From IMG/VR virus record IMGVR_UViG_3300020048_000110: a stretch of DNA of 64,000 nucleotides, one strand, 5' to 3'. Shown piece after piece: positions 31,505 to 40,658 of this stretch. The stretch comes from a virus. The notes beneath the pieces were generated by a model. The model was not told where the DNA came from and searched no databases. It saw nothing but the letters and a program-made list of their open reading frames with translations. A program made the position numbers and the translations under genes. Each line of letters opens with the position of its first letter. Within the stretch, counting starts at the first letter, position 1.

Positions 31505-31524
31505 CATAAAATTTTAGTAAAAAT

Positions 31525-34500
31525 ATGAATTGTACAATTAAGTTTAATAAAGATAGGAGCATATACAATGTACTTACTCCAGAAGGAAAAGAAAGTAGGC
31601 TATTTAAAAGCATAGCTAAACTTCCACATGTAAATAATTTAGAAGAGGCGTTAGAACTGTTTAAGAATGTATATTCAGATGCTGTAAAAAAAGATGCAGT
31701 GGAACCTATTTTAGCATTTAAATCTGATAAAGGTGTTTCTGCTAATTCTTATAAAGAAGCTCTTAAAAATTCTTCAGGTGGAGATATTCAAATAGGATTA
31801 GATAGCCCAGAAAAAGGCTTTGTTTCTATTTTAGCAGTATCATCTAATACAAACCCATCTACAAAAGAAGGTTTTATAAATAATATGATCTCTGAAGGGA
31901 TTATGTCTGATGAAAAACTTATACAAGATGGTAAGTCTTATCATAAAGCTGCAGGTAATGACCAAAAATTACAATTGGCCAATGAGGTAGTGATGTATAT
32001 AGAGGGTCTAGAGAGTTTAGGTAAAAGTGGTATTAGTATAGCAAAAGATGGTAGAGTCGAAATAAGTGATAAAATCAAATCTGTTACAGTAAATGGTGTA
32101 GACTTAACCATAGAAGAAATAAGAAGTTCATCTTATAGAGAACTTGTTGAAAAAGTAGGAGAGCCAGATGCTTTATCTTTAGCAATAAACAACGCAACAA
32201 AATCTGTAATTGACACAAAATTAGAGACTGAGAAACTCACAGTAAATGATAAAGACCTAAAACTAAAGCTTTTAGATTTACTAAAAAAGATGAATGTCTC
32301 TACAATGTCTATAAATGACTACGTTAAGAAGTTTACAGACAAGAATGGAGTAGAACCTTCTGCAGCAGCTTTGGTAGATATAGCGAACCAAGTAGTAGCT
32401 TTTAGAGATGGGGTTATCGGATTAGAAGACTTGGCAGAAGAAACTGTACACTTCGTGGTAGAGACTTGGGACCAAGCAGAGATTGAAAACTTAGTTAGAA
32501 ACGCACATAAAACTGATGCTTACAAGGAATTTTCTGCAATATATAGAGATATCTATACAAGAGAAAATCCAGGAATGACAGAAGTGGAAATTGAAAACTT
32601 AGTTAGAAGAGAGATTCTAGGAAAAGAGTTGGCTAAATCTTTAAGAGAGAATTTCAATTTAGAAGAAAAAACAGAAATACAAAAAAGTATTCTTCAAAAT
32701 TTATTTGATAGGTTTGTAAACTTCTTTAGATCTTTAATAGTAGAAGATAGTTTTTACAAAGACTTAGCTAATCTATCTACTAAAGTTCAAGATTTAGTTT
32801 TAACACAAGACATTTCTAAGTACCTTGATTTGAATCAAGCAGCTACAAAGAAATTTAGAATGTACAACCAAAATAGTGGTGATCCAGCTATAGATACTAA
32901 ATCAGTAGTAGCCAAGCAGTTAGTTTCAACACTGTTAGAACAAGAGAAAAACCTTAGAGCCACAGGTAGAGGTTCAGCAGCACAGATACAAAGGTTAAAC
33001 ACCCTAGCTACAAAAGCACTTACTGCAAACTCTACATTAGAGATTTTAAAATTAGCAAAAAGACAAGCTAGATACATAGAGGAGTCTATTACCTCTGCCA
33101 CTAAAAAAGGTAGAACTCTTAACAACGAAGAGTCTATTGTATTTGAAGGATTGAAAGAACATGTTGCACCTCTTTTAGAAAGACTAAAAGTTATAATTAA
33201 AGATGATGCAGAACTTTCAAACTTATATCCAGATATCGAAAAAGTATTGTCTGAAATTGGGTGGGTAAAAGGTAAAGTGTTAGATACAGAAAATCAAATT
33301 TTAGAAAGTATCATTGATAGGATTATAGTTAGGGATAACTTACCAGAAACTATAATGGAGGATGGAAGAGAAGTCAACGTTAGATCTAGACTTTTAAATT
33401 CTATTAGTAACGCAACTAAAGACACCAATTACCTATATGCTTTATATGGACAACTTACACATGCTAGTGACCCTTTATTGGGTGCATTGGGATCTGTCAT
33501 ATCAGATATGTCAGTTATTGCTTCACAGAATTTTAATACTAGAGCAAAAACTTTTCAAAAGAAAATAAGAGAATTAGGTTTTGATGAAAAAGATCTATCT
33601 TCTTTTTATGACAAAGATGGGTATATTTTAAGCATGTATGATTGGAGTAGGTTTGAAGAAGATATCAATCAAATTAAAGCAGAAGAATACAAAACTATAA
33701 CTGGCAATACATCTTCTATTGAAGAGTTAAAAGTTATGGTTAAAGCTGGAACACTTCCAGAAATAGCCGATTCAACACAAGCACAAGAGTACCAAAACTC
33801 TGTAACTAAAAAGACTAATGAAAAAATCGAAAGAAGTTTTACAGAAGAATTTTATGAGCAAAGAGAACAAAGGTATAAGGATTTAGGTATATCAGAAGCA
33901 ACTAAAATAGAATTAAGACTTTTAGGTATTGACCTTGGACAAATTATCGCTAGATCAAAAACTGAAGATGGTAAAGTAAAATACTCTTTTCAAGATAAGT
34001 ATGATTTAGATGGTTACAACCTAAAAAGAAAAAGACTTAAATCTCTTTATGACGAATTCGGAGAACTAAAAGCAGGGATAGAAGTATCTGATTTTGCAAC
34101 CCAAGACAGCTTAGAGATAAACGGACAGTTTTATTCTCTTATACCGGGAACACCTAATGAAGAAGCCATTGTAGCAATGGACATAAATAAGCTGGACCAA
34201 AAAGTATTAGAAGAGAAAAAGGCCGAAGCTTTAAGATCTGGATTTAGTGTAGATACAGAAAAACTTTCTGCAAACTTCTTGAAAGAGTTAGAGAAAATAG
34301 AAGACGGAGGAAACAGAGAGGAAGCCCTTGAGTTTTTCATGATGAATACAACAGTTGGTTTTTCTAACAACTTCTGGAACAATTTTGACAATTCTACTAC
34401 CTTCTCATCTGTAATAGATAGAGTAGAAAAAGACAGTAAGACTGAAATGGATACGCTAATGGCGATCTCTACATTCAAAAAATACAGTAACCAAAGAAAA

Positions 34501-37272
34501 GCTATTTTAAAACAATATCAAGATTCTAGGAACTATACTAATACGATGGCAGAAGAAATGCCAGAGAATGTAAAACTTGAAGTTATAAGACTATCTGAAG
34601 ATATTGATAGACTGTACAACGGTTTGTACAACAAGTTTAAAGATGAACTTCCAGAAAGAGATGTTGAAGTACCCCTAGCTTACGAATCAAAACCTAATCA
34701 AGCTTATTACGAAGCATTAGATGACGAAAGAATAACAGGAGATAAGGAAAAGGAATATGATTTTATTCTGAAGCATGTAACTAAAGATAACAAACAAAAA
34801 ATAGCTAATTTTTCTGAAGCTATTGGTCTTTTAAGAAGAGGAAGATTCTTGACTGAATCACAAAGGTTCATGATTGAAAATGTTACAGGGCTTGCTGCAG
34901 AAGAGATTTTACCAGAAGAATTTGATAACATTAAGTTAGATTATGCTAAAAAGAAATTGGCTCCTTATTACAGAGCTTTTTCTCCAAAAGGTATAGAAGA
35001 GTTTTACGACAAACTTAAAAATTCAGACGAAAATATTCTTGATTTAGCAAAAGAGTTAAATGAGAATGAGAATGTAAAACTAAGTAATAACTTTTCTTAC
35101 TATGAAGTTGGTGAGGTAAAATTCAAGAATAAGAATTACATAGATAGTTTTGAGGGAGGAATGAAACAACCAAAACTAAAACAGTACTTAAACCAAAAAT
35201 TTGTAGATACCTTTGGTCCAATATTAGATGTAGAGAATAACCCTATCCTTAAAGATGGAGAAATTCAAGTAACTAAGAATCAAAAAATGTACGATCTATA
35301 TAAAGAGTATATCTCTTTCCAAAAAGACACTATGAAGTCTTATAAAGAAGAGAACATGCAAAATATATATTTAGCACCACAAGTTACTAGAACTGGAATG
35401 GAGAGAACAGAGAAGTTCTTGAAGGATGAAAACAAGGCTAAAGTAGTAAAAGATATTTGGAAAGATATAACTCAATATAGAGTTGACGAACAAGTGTTTG
35501 GAGAAGAGGTTAACGGAGAGTCTTTGATTAAAAAATCTGGATTTAGAGTTATACCTAAATACTTCTTAAAGAAACTAGAAGATAGCTCTTTTGTTTCTAC
35601 AGATTTATTTTATAGTTCTATGTTAATGGCACAACAATCAGAGTTGTATAAAGCCAGAAGAGAGAAGTATTCAGAGTTTGCTACCTTACATGATAAAGTA
35701 TTATCTAGAAGTTATCCAAACGGTAAAGCAGCTTCTTCTACTAATACGTACAAAATGTTTAAGTCTTTCTTAGATAGTAACTTATTCGGTGTTGTAGAAT
35801 CAAGACAATGGAGGGTAGATTTGCCAGTAATAGGACAAGTAGATATGTCAAAATTAATTACGGTTTTACACAACTGGGTTAAAAATACATCTTTGGCTTT
35901 GAACCCTATTATTCCATTTACTTCTTGGCTTACCGCAGAATCTCAAATTTTAATGGAGAGATTGATAGGACAGTATGTAGATAAAAACTCTATGAAAAAG
36001 GCAAACAGTGAACTTAGAAAAATTTCAACTGCTGCTGTAAAAGAGAATCTTGAAATTAATTCTACTTCTAGATTATCACTATTAGGAGAATGGTTTGGAG
36101 TATTTGATTTGAAAAATAGATATGAGAACTCTAAGTACAGTAAGACTACTAGATTTTTAGGAAAAGCAGGTTATGCAATGCATACTGCAGGTAACTTCTT
36201 ACCTCTTTCAAGAGTTATGTTGTCTGCACTGTACGGAAATAGAGTTTACAAAGGAAAAATAGTAGATTTTAATTCTTTCTCTAGATTATCAAAATTAGAG
36301 AATAAAAATGCATCAGATAAAGATATCGAAATTGCTTGGGAATCAATATCTGACAAAGCTATATACAACTATCTACAAACTGATAGTGGAGTAGTAACTT
36401 ATAACTATGATCAATTAGCTACTGATATGGGTAGAGTAAATGATGACAAGTTTAAAGAAGATTTCAAGAATATAGAGTTAGGAGTAATGTCTAAGATCAA
36501 AAAGATAGTAGAAAGAGTAGACGGTCAAATCAAAGAAGAGGAGAGAACTTTATTACAAAGGGATGTACTTGGTAGATTTACCATGACACACAAAGGTTGG
36601 ATGTCAATCGCTTTATCAAACAGGTTAAAGAATAGACATATCAGTTTTGCTACTGGAGATGTAGAAGAGGGAAGTTATAGAACTCTATTAAGAGTTATAA
36701 AAGAGTCTGTAAATAAAGGAGTATCACAAAAAAGCTTTTCAGCTTCTATCAAGAATATTAGAGAAGCTTATTCTGGTGCACAAACAGAACTTGAAAGAAC
36801 TAACCTTAGAAGAACACTTATAGAATTTTCTTTCTTACAAGCATTATTCTTAGTCAGTTTAGCTCTAGGTAAATGGGCCGATGATGACAAAGACGAGGGA
36901 GTAGCAGGATGGACTGCACAAATGGTAGCCTACTTAGCAGAAAGAACCGCTAGTGAAACATCTTCTTCTCAATTCGGAGTATCTGGAGAGATCTACAAGA
37001 CTATCAAAGAACCTCTAGTAGGTTTAAACAAAATAGAAAACCTTGTAAAAGTAGGAAATCTATTTGATTTTGATACTATCCAAACAGGTCGATTTGCAGG
37101 ATTAACAAATAGCCAAAGCTACTTAATTAAAAACGTAGTTGGACTTAAATCTTTTTATGACTTAGCTAATGCTAAAAATTTAAGATCTTTACGAGATACA
37201 TACGACTTTTTCGATGATCAAGAGATCTATACTTTAATAGCATCATTTATAGATGAAGAAGATTTAGAATAA
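31525..37272 (+). CDS. Giant hypothetical structural or ejected protein, 1915 aa
   Basis: Long ORF with no recognisable motif. It is the last gene of the + block. Confidence 0.5.
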   Translation: MNCTIKFNKDRSIYNVLTPEGKESRLFKSIAKLPHVNNLEEALELFKNVYSDAVKKDAVEPILAFKSDKGVSANSYKEALKNSSGGDIQIGLDSPEKGFVSILAVSSNTNPSTKEGFINNMISEGIMSDEKLIQDGKSYHKAAGNDQKLQLANEVVMYIEGLESLGKSGISIAKDGRVEISDKIKSVTVNGVDLTIEEIRSSSYRELVEKVGEPDALSLAINNATKSVIDTKLETEKLTVNDKDLKLKLLDLLKKMNVSTMSINDYVKKFTDKNGVEPSAAALVDIANQVVAFRDGVIGLEDLAEETVHFVVETWDQAEIENLVRNAHKTDAYKEFSAIYRDIYTRENPGMTEVEIENLVRREILGKELAKSLRENFNLEEKTEIQKSILQNLFDRFVNFFRSLIVEDSFYKDLANLSTKVQDLVLTQDISKYLDLNQAATKKFRMYNQNSGDPAIDTKSVVAKQLVSTLLEQEKNLRATGRGSAAQIQRLNTLATKALTANSTLEILKLAKRQARYIEESITSATKKGRTLNNEESIVFEGLKEHVAPLLERLKVIIKDDAELSNLYPDIEKVLSEIGWVKGKVLDTENQILESIIDRIIVRDNLPETIMEDGREVNVRSRLLNSISNATKDTNYLYALYGQLTHASDPLLGALGSVISDMSVIASQNFNTRAKTFQKKIRELGFDEKDLSSFYDKDGYILSMYDWSRFEEDINQIKAEEYKTITGNTSSIEELKVMVKAGTLPEIADSTQAQEYQNSVTKKTNEKIERSFTEEFYEQREQRYKDLGISEATKIELRLLGIDLGQIIARSKTEDGKVKYSFQDKYDLDGYNLKRKRLKSLYDEFGELKAGIEVSDFATQDSLEINGQFYSLIPGTPNEEAIVAMDINKLDQKVLEEKKAEALRSGFSVDTEKLSANFLKELEKIEDGGNREEALEFFMMNTTVGFSNNFWNNFDNSTTFSSVIDRVEKDSKTEMDTLMAISTFKKYSNQRKAILKQYQDSRNYTNTMAEEMPENVKLEVIRLSEDIDRLYNGLYNKFKDELPERDVEVPLAYESKPNQAYYEALDDERITGDKEKEYDFILKHVTKDNKQKIANFSEAIGLLRRGRFLTESQRFMIENVTGLAAEEILPEEFDNIKLDYAKKKLAPYYRAFSPKGIEEFYDKLKNSDENILDLAKELNENENVKLSNNFSYYEVGEVKFKNKNYIDSFEGGMKQPKLKQYLNQKFVDTFGPILDVENNPILKDGEIQVTKNQKMYDLYKEYISFQKDTMKSYKEENMQNIYLAPQVTRTGMERTEKFLKDENKAKVVKDIWKDITQYRVDEQVFGEEVNGESLIKKSGFRVIPKYFLKKLEDSSFVSTDLFYSSMLMAQQSELYKARREKYSEFATLHDKVLSRSYPNGKAASSTNTYKMFKSFLDSNLFGVVESRQWRVDLPVIGQVDMSKLITVLHNWVKNTSLALNPIIPFTSWLTAESQILMERLIGQYVDKNSMKKANSELRKISTAAVKENLEINSTSRLSLLGEWFGVFDLKNRYENSKYSKTTRFLGKAGYAMHTAGNFLPLSRVMLSALYGNRVYKGKIVDFNSFSRLSKLENKNASDKDIEIAWESISDKAIYNYLQTDSGVVTYNYDQLATDMGRVNDDKFKEDFKNIELGVMSKIKKIVERVDGQIKEEERTLLQRDVLGRFTMTHKGWMSIALSNRLKNRHISFATGDVEEGSYRTLLRVIKESVNKGVSQKSFSASIKNIREAYSGAQTELERTNLRRTLIEFSFLQALFLVSLALGKWADDDKDEGVAGWTAQMVAYLAERTASETSSSQFGVSGEIYKTIKEPLVGLNKIENLVKVGNLFDFDTIQTGRFAGLTNSQSYLIKNVVGLKSFYDLANAKNLRSLRDTYDFFDDQEIYTLIASFIDEEDLE

Positions 37273-37277
37273 AAGAA

Positions 37278-37317
37278 AACCCCTAAGGACCTAAAAATCC
37301 AAGGGGGTTATTTTTTG
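37278..37317 (+). terminator. Rho-independent terminator ending the + strand block
   Basis: aacccc ... ggggtt stem followed by attttttg. Confidence 0.6.
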
Positions 37318-37335
37318 CTTAGAAATTACTAGACA

Positions 37336-37379
37336 TAAAAAATCCCTGCTTTCACGAGAGTATCGTTACTAACAGGGAT
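37336..37379 (-). terminator. Rho-independent terminator ending the - strand array. It faces the + terminator
   Basis: 7-bp stem atccctg / cagggat. On the - strand it is followed by TTTTT (the plus-strand a-run at 37337-37341). Confidence 0.55.
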
Positions 37380-37384
37380 CTTTA

Positions 37385-38683
37385 CTAAGAGTTAAACCAA
37401 TACGGAATTGTAATTCTTATATTTTCGTCTCTACTTATATTATAAAATCTAAATCCAGACTTGCTTTTGCCAAAGTTGGTCTTTACCCAATTCGATGGAG
37501 GACTAAAAGCAGGGTAATTATAATAATGAAAATCATTACTAGTAGTATCATCATAGATAGCTTGATGACTATCCCCTTTAGAAAACTCGATAAAATTACC
37601 ATTGTAAAGCTTATGTTCTTTACAGTACTGATCTATCTTGTCTGCTTGTACAGCATCTAGCTTAGGTTTTAGGCCAAACTTCATTTCTCCGCCATCTTTT
37701 CCATGACAGAGTATAAAAGTATGCTTACCTACACTATAATGGTCCATAAACCTCTTAATAGAGTTTACAGTAACTATTCCAGGATATCTTTGTTCTAGAA
37801 TGCTTTTTGTAGAAGAAGATACAAAATAAGAAAAAGCACCACTATGATTATCATTAGTGATATTATTACAAATAATAGTATCATAAATACCCACAAGTGA
37901 ATCTATTAATTTTATTTTAAACTCCAAAGCTAAATCAAAAGCTTCTAAATCATTCATATTTTGAGGCAATTCATGACCTTTTCTAGTGGTTTGTCCACCA
38001 AGACCATCCATAAAATCACCTAAGTCATCAATAACAAGTGTATTAGATCTCCTATAAACGATAGCATGGTTTATCATAACATCTAACCTCTTTAAAATTT
38101 CTTCTTTATCCCACTTACCATCATATAATGGATCCCCATCTTTACCTTGTACATCCATAGCGATGTGTACATCTGAATAAACTAATCTATCAAAAAATAC
38201 AGACTCAGAAAAGTTATTTTTACTTTTATCTAAAGTTATTGGCTTTACATATTTTTGAACTATCTTCTCAAAATTATTTTCTATATCTAATATAGCTTCT
38301 TCCTCATCCGTAAAAAATGCAATGTTATAAACCATATGAGAAGCATTGTGAGATACAAGCTTAGAGCTTTTAACAGAGTTTTTATCTAACCCATAAGTAT
38401 CACAATATTCTTCTATTGTATAGAATCTATTTTTTTCAGAAGACCATGCAGATGGCATAGCAGCTAAATTTATCGACTTTTCATATTGATTTGTTTCAGT
38501 AGAAGTTACAATATCTAAATCTGGATCCCTAGAACGCTCTTCTTTTATAATAATAGCATTTGCCTTTTTACGAAAAGTTTCATCATACAAAATACCTAAT
38601 TCTTCACAATAAGCTTTAGCTGCTAAAGTCTTACTTTGTTCTTGCTCATATAGCTCTATGAGTCTTACTTTGTTAAATTCCAT
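37385..38683 (-). CDS. Calcineurin-like metallophosphoesterase, 432 aa
   Basis: Motif order DVH (SDVHIAMD), GD (DDLGDF), NH (NDNHSG), H (LCHGKD), GDSH. Confidence 0.5.
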   Translation of the reverse strand: MEFNKVRLIELYEQEQSKTLAAKAYCEELGILYDETFRKKANAIIIKEERSRDPDLDIVTSTETNQYEKSINLAAMPSAWSSEKNRFYTIEEYCDTYGLDKNSVKSSKLVSHNASHMVYNIAFFTDEEEAILDIENNFEKIVQKYVKPITLDKSKNNFSESVFFDRLVYSDVHIAMDVQGKDGDPLYDGKWDKEEILKRLDVMINHAIVYRRSNTLVIDDLGDFMDGLGGQTTRKGHELPQNMNDLEAFDLALEFKIKLIDSLVGIYDTIICNNITNDNHSGAFSYFVSSSTKSILEQRYPGIVTVNSIKRFMDHYSVGKHTFILCHGKDGGEMKFGLKPKLDAVQADKIDQYCKEHKLYNGNFIEFSKGDSHQAIYDDTTSNDFHYYNYPAFSPPSNWVKTNFGKSKSGFRFYNISRDENIRITIPYWFNS

Positions 38684-38818
38684 TTATTTATTTTAGTTGG
38701 TTCAAATTTACAATCCATGCAAAGTAGCACAAATTTGTTGTCTTCTTTTTTCTTGTTAAAAATCTCTTTTAAATCCATAGTGTAAAATTATAAAAAATTA
38801 TTCAATCTACCAAAAAGG

Positions 38819-39721
38819 TTAATCATTCGCTAGGTATAATGGACTTGTCATTCCCTTTTTTAACATCTCAGAGGCTGTTTTTTTATAACCTCTTATGTTT
38901 TTAGAGCAATAATCACTAGAATCTATCAAGTCATACAATATATCTAACATTTCATCATGTTGGTAATATCCTGCAGCAACATAACCTCCAGCTGATAATG
39001 CTGTTGATCTAACTATAGGATGTCCAGAGTCTTCTATTCTGCTCATGGATTTAGTCACTATATGTCTGACCCTCTTTTTATCATGCTCTGTTATATTTTC
39101 TGCTTCTACAATATCCCCAACATAGGATTTAAATTCATCTATCTTCTTACCTCTTCTTCTCCAAATTTTAGCATCTTCTCTGTATAACATATCTGGATCC
39201 CAACTTATAAAAAGTGGCAATGAAGGGTTTTGTGCAGACAAATCATATCCCGGCAATCTAGAAAGGTAGTAAGAAAGACCGTAAAAATACTCTTTAAATT
39301 CTTCTACACTTTTAACAACAGGTATTTTAAATAAAAATTTAACACCTTTTCCACTAGGAGATAGATAAGCACAGATACAACTCTTAAAGAAATTAAAGAC
39401 TTCATGTTTTAATTCATTAGCGTTTTCTAACTTATCAAAATCCATAACTAGCAGACCCGTAAATCCAGTTATGTTATTATAACTTCTACCTTTACCATCC
39501 GTAATAATACAAGGGTTAAAATAAAACAGTTTACTTTGCTTTAACTCGTCTTTTTTCTTTATATCTCCTATAGAGACAGCTTCAAATATCTGTTTAAAAA
39601 CATCTTGTATTTCTTTCTTAGGACTCTTATTAGCCAAGATAAATCTCTCTAAAGATATTTCACCTAAAGGTTCAGTGATGTAAACATTTGCTGGATAATA
39701 TTGAAATTTAATATCCTTCAT
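38819..39721 (-). CDS. Putative DNA primase of the archaeo-eukaryotic primase (Prim-Pol / BT4734-like) fold
   Basis: LLVMDFD matches the hhhDhD motif. SPSGKGVKFLF matches the sGxGxH-type motif with K in place of H. It lies in the replication module. Confidence 0.4.
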   Translation of the reverse strand: MKDIKFQYYPANVYITEPLGEISLERFILANKSPKKEIQDVFKQIFEAVSIGDIKKKDELKQSKLFYFNPCIITDGKGRSYNNITGFTGLLVMDFDKLENANELKHEVFNFFKSCICAYLSPSGKGVKFLFKIPVVKSVEEFKEYFYGLSYYLSRLPGYDLSAQNPSLPLFISWDPDMLYREDAKIWRRRGKKIDEFKSYVGDIVEAENITEHDKKRVRHIVTKSMSRIEDSGHPIVRSTALSAGGYVAAGYYQHDEMLDILYDLIDSSDYCSKNIRGYKKTASEMLKKGMTSPLYLAND

Positions 39722-39985
39722 TTACTCTTCACAAAATTTAGGAGATACACCTAGCATAACCGTATTTCTAATTTTTACCTTAGATAATTTTGTTAAACGC
39801 TTACCCTTTAAATTCCTTTCAATAATCTCTTCCGACTTTTCAATTGGTATACATAAGTCATTCCAAAAAGGGATACCTGTACCAGCATACAATAATACCA
39901 TTTGATTAAAATCTCTAGGTGGGTTAGCATTCTCGTACATTTCTTTGTAGATCTGTTTTATTATTACTTCTAATTTATCACTCAT
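39722..39985 (-). CDS. Hypothetical protein, 87 aa
   Basis: ORF contiguous with the neighbouring genes. Confidence 0.45.
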   Translation of the reverse strand: MSDKLEVIIKQIYKEMYENANPPRDFNQMVLLYAGTGIPFWNDLCIPIEKSEEIIERNLKGKRLTKLSKVKIRNTVMLGVSPKFCEE

Positions 39986-40042
39986 AACGTATTTATTTTT
40001 GACAAAGATACAAATTTATATCGAATAAAAAAACTTTATAAC

Positions 40043-40073
40043 AAAAAAAACGACAACTATTTCTAATTGCCGT
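40043..40073 (-). terminator. Rho-independent terminator on the - strand after the Cys-rich gene
   Basis: acgacaa / ttgccgt stem (6 of 7 bp) with a T-run on the - strand (plus-strand a-run at 40043-40049). Confidence 0.45.
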
Positions 40074-40086
40074 TTTAATAACTATT

Positions 40087-40389
40087 TTAATCTTTATACC
40101 TATAATCTAACTCTTCATCATAAATCTTCATAAACTCTTCTTTTTTGCCAAACCAATTATTCTTTTCTAGCAGGTCCCAAAATCTCTCAAAGGAACGATA
40201 GCCCAATTTAAGATCTGCTGTATAAGTCTTTGGGTATTGGCAAAGGATATTGTCCGGGGTGCAGTTTATTGGACCACAACAACCAGATTCTCCACAACCA
40301 TTGCATACTGGACAGTAAGGATTATAATCTTCAATATTTCCCTCTTCTTCCAATAAGTAGCTTTGTTCTAACGATTCTTCTTCTGTCAT
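40087..40389 (-). CDS. Small Cys-rich protein, 100 aa, probably metal-binding
   Basis: Ten Cys within the 24-residue stretch CPVCNGCGESGCCGPINCTPDNILC. Confidence 0.45.
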   Translation of the reverse strand: MTEEESLEQSYLLEEEGNIEDYNPYCPVCNGCGESGCCGPINCTPDNILCQYPKTYTADLKLGYRSFERFWDLLEKNNWFGKKEEFMKIYDEELDYRYKD

Positions 40390-40658
40390 TATTTTTTTCT
40401 TATTAATTTATACTCCGAATTTTCTGTCTTGAATGTGACAGTATACTTTGTCTTTCTAATTATTTTTGTAACTAAAGTTGTTTGCCAAGTGAAAGAGGAA
40501 TCAAAAGGGCTCATTAACAGACTTCTTCCGATTGCTGGTTCTAAAAATTTCTCTTTGAATCTACCTTTATCTTCAAATGTAATCCATAAAACATTCTCAG
40601 ACTCTTTTACTAAGCCATCTGACTTTCTAATTAATCTATAATTCATATTAGTGTACAT
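40389..40658 (-). CDS. Hypothetical protein, 89 aa
   Basis: ORF overlapping its neighbours by 1 to 11 nt. Confidence 0.45.
   Translation of the reverse strand: MYTNMNYRLIRKSDGLVKESENVLWITFEDKGRFKEKFLEPAIGRSLLMSPFDSSFTWQTTLVTKIIRKTKYTVTFKTENSEYKLIRKK

Noticed and set aside
620-34931. Numerous 60-190-aa - strand ORFs inside the giant + strand genes, for example 620-1024, 18794-19354 and 34131-34478
   Set aside because: They lie antisense within long continuous + strand ORFs. Their low-complexity Ser/Leu-rich translations are characteristic of the reverse frame of AT-rich coding DNA
25385-37272. Searched the giant ORFs for a crAss/QDE-1-type virion RNA polymerase DxDGD motif
   Set aside because: Only QDGD-type near-matches were found. 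WQDGDIF in the 2014-aa ORF and QDGDIYGD in the 850-aa ORF lack the first Asp. There is no support for a vRNAP call from sequence alone
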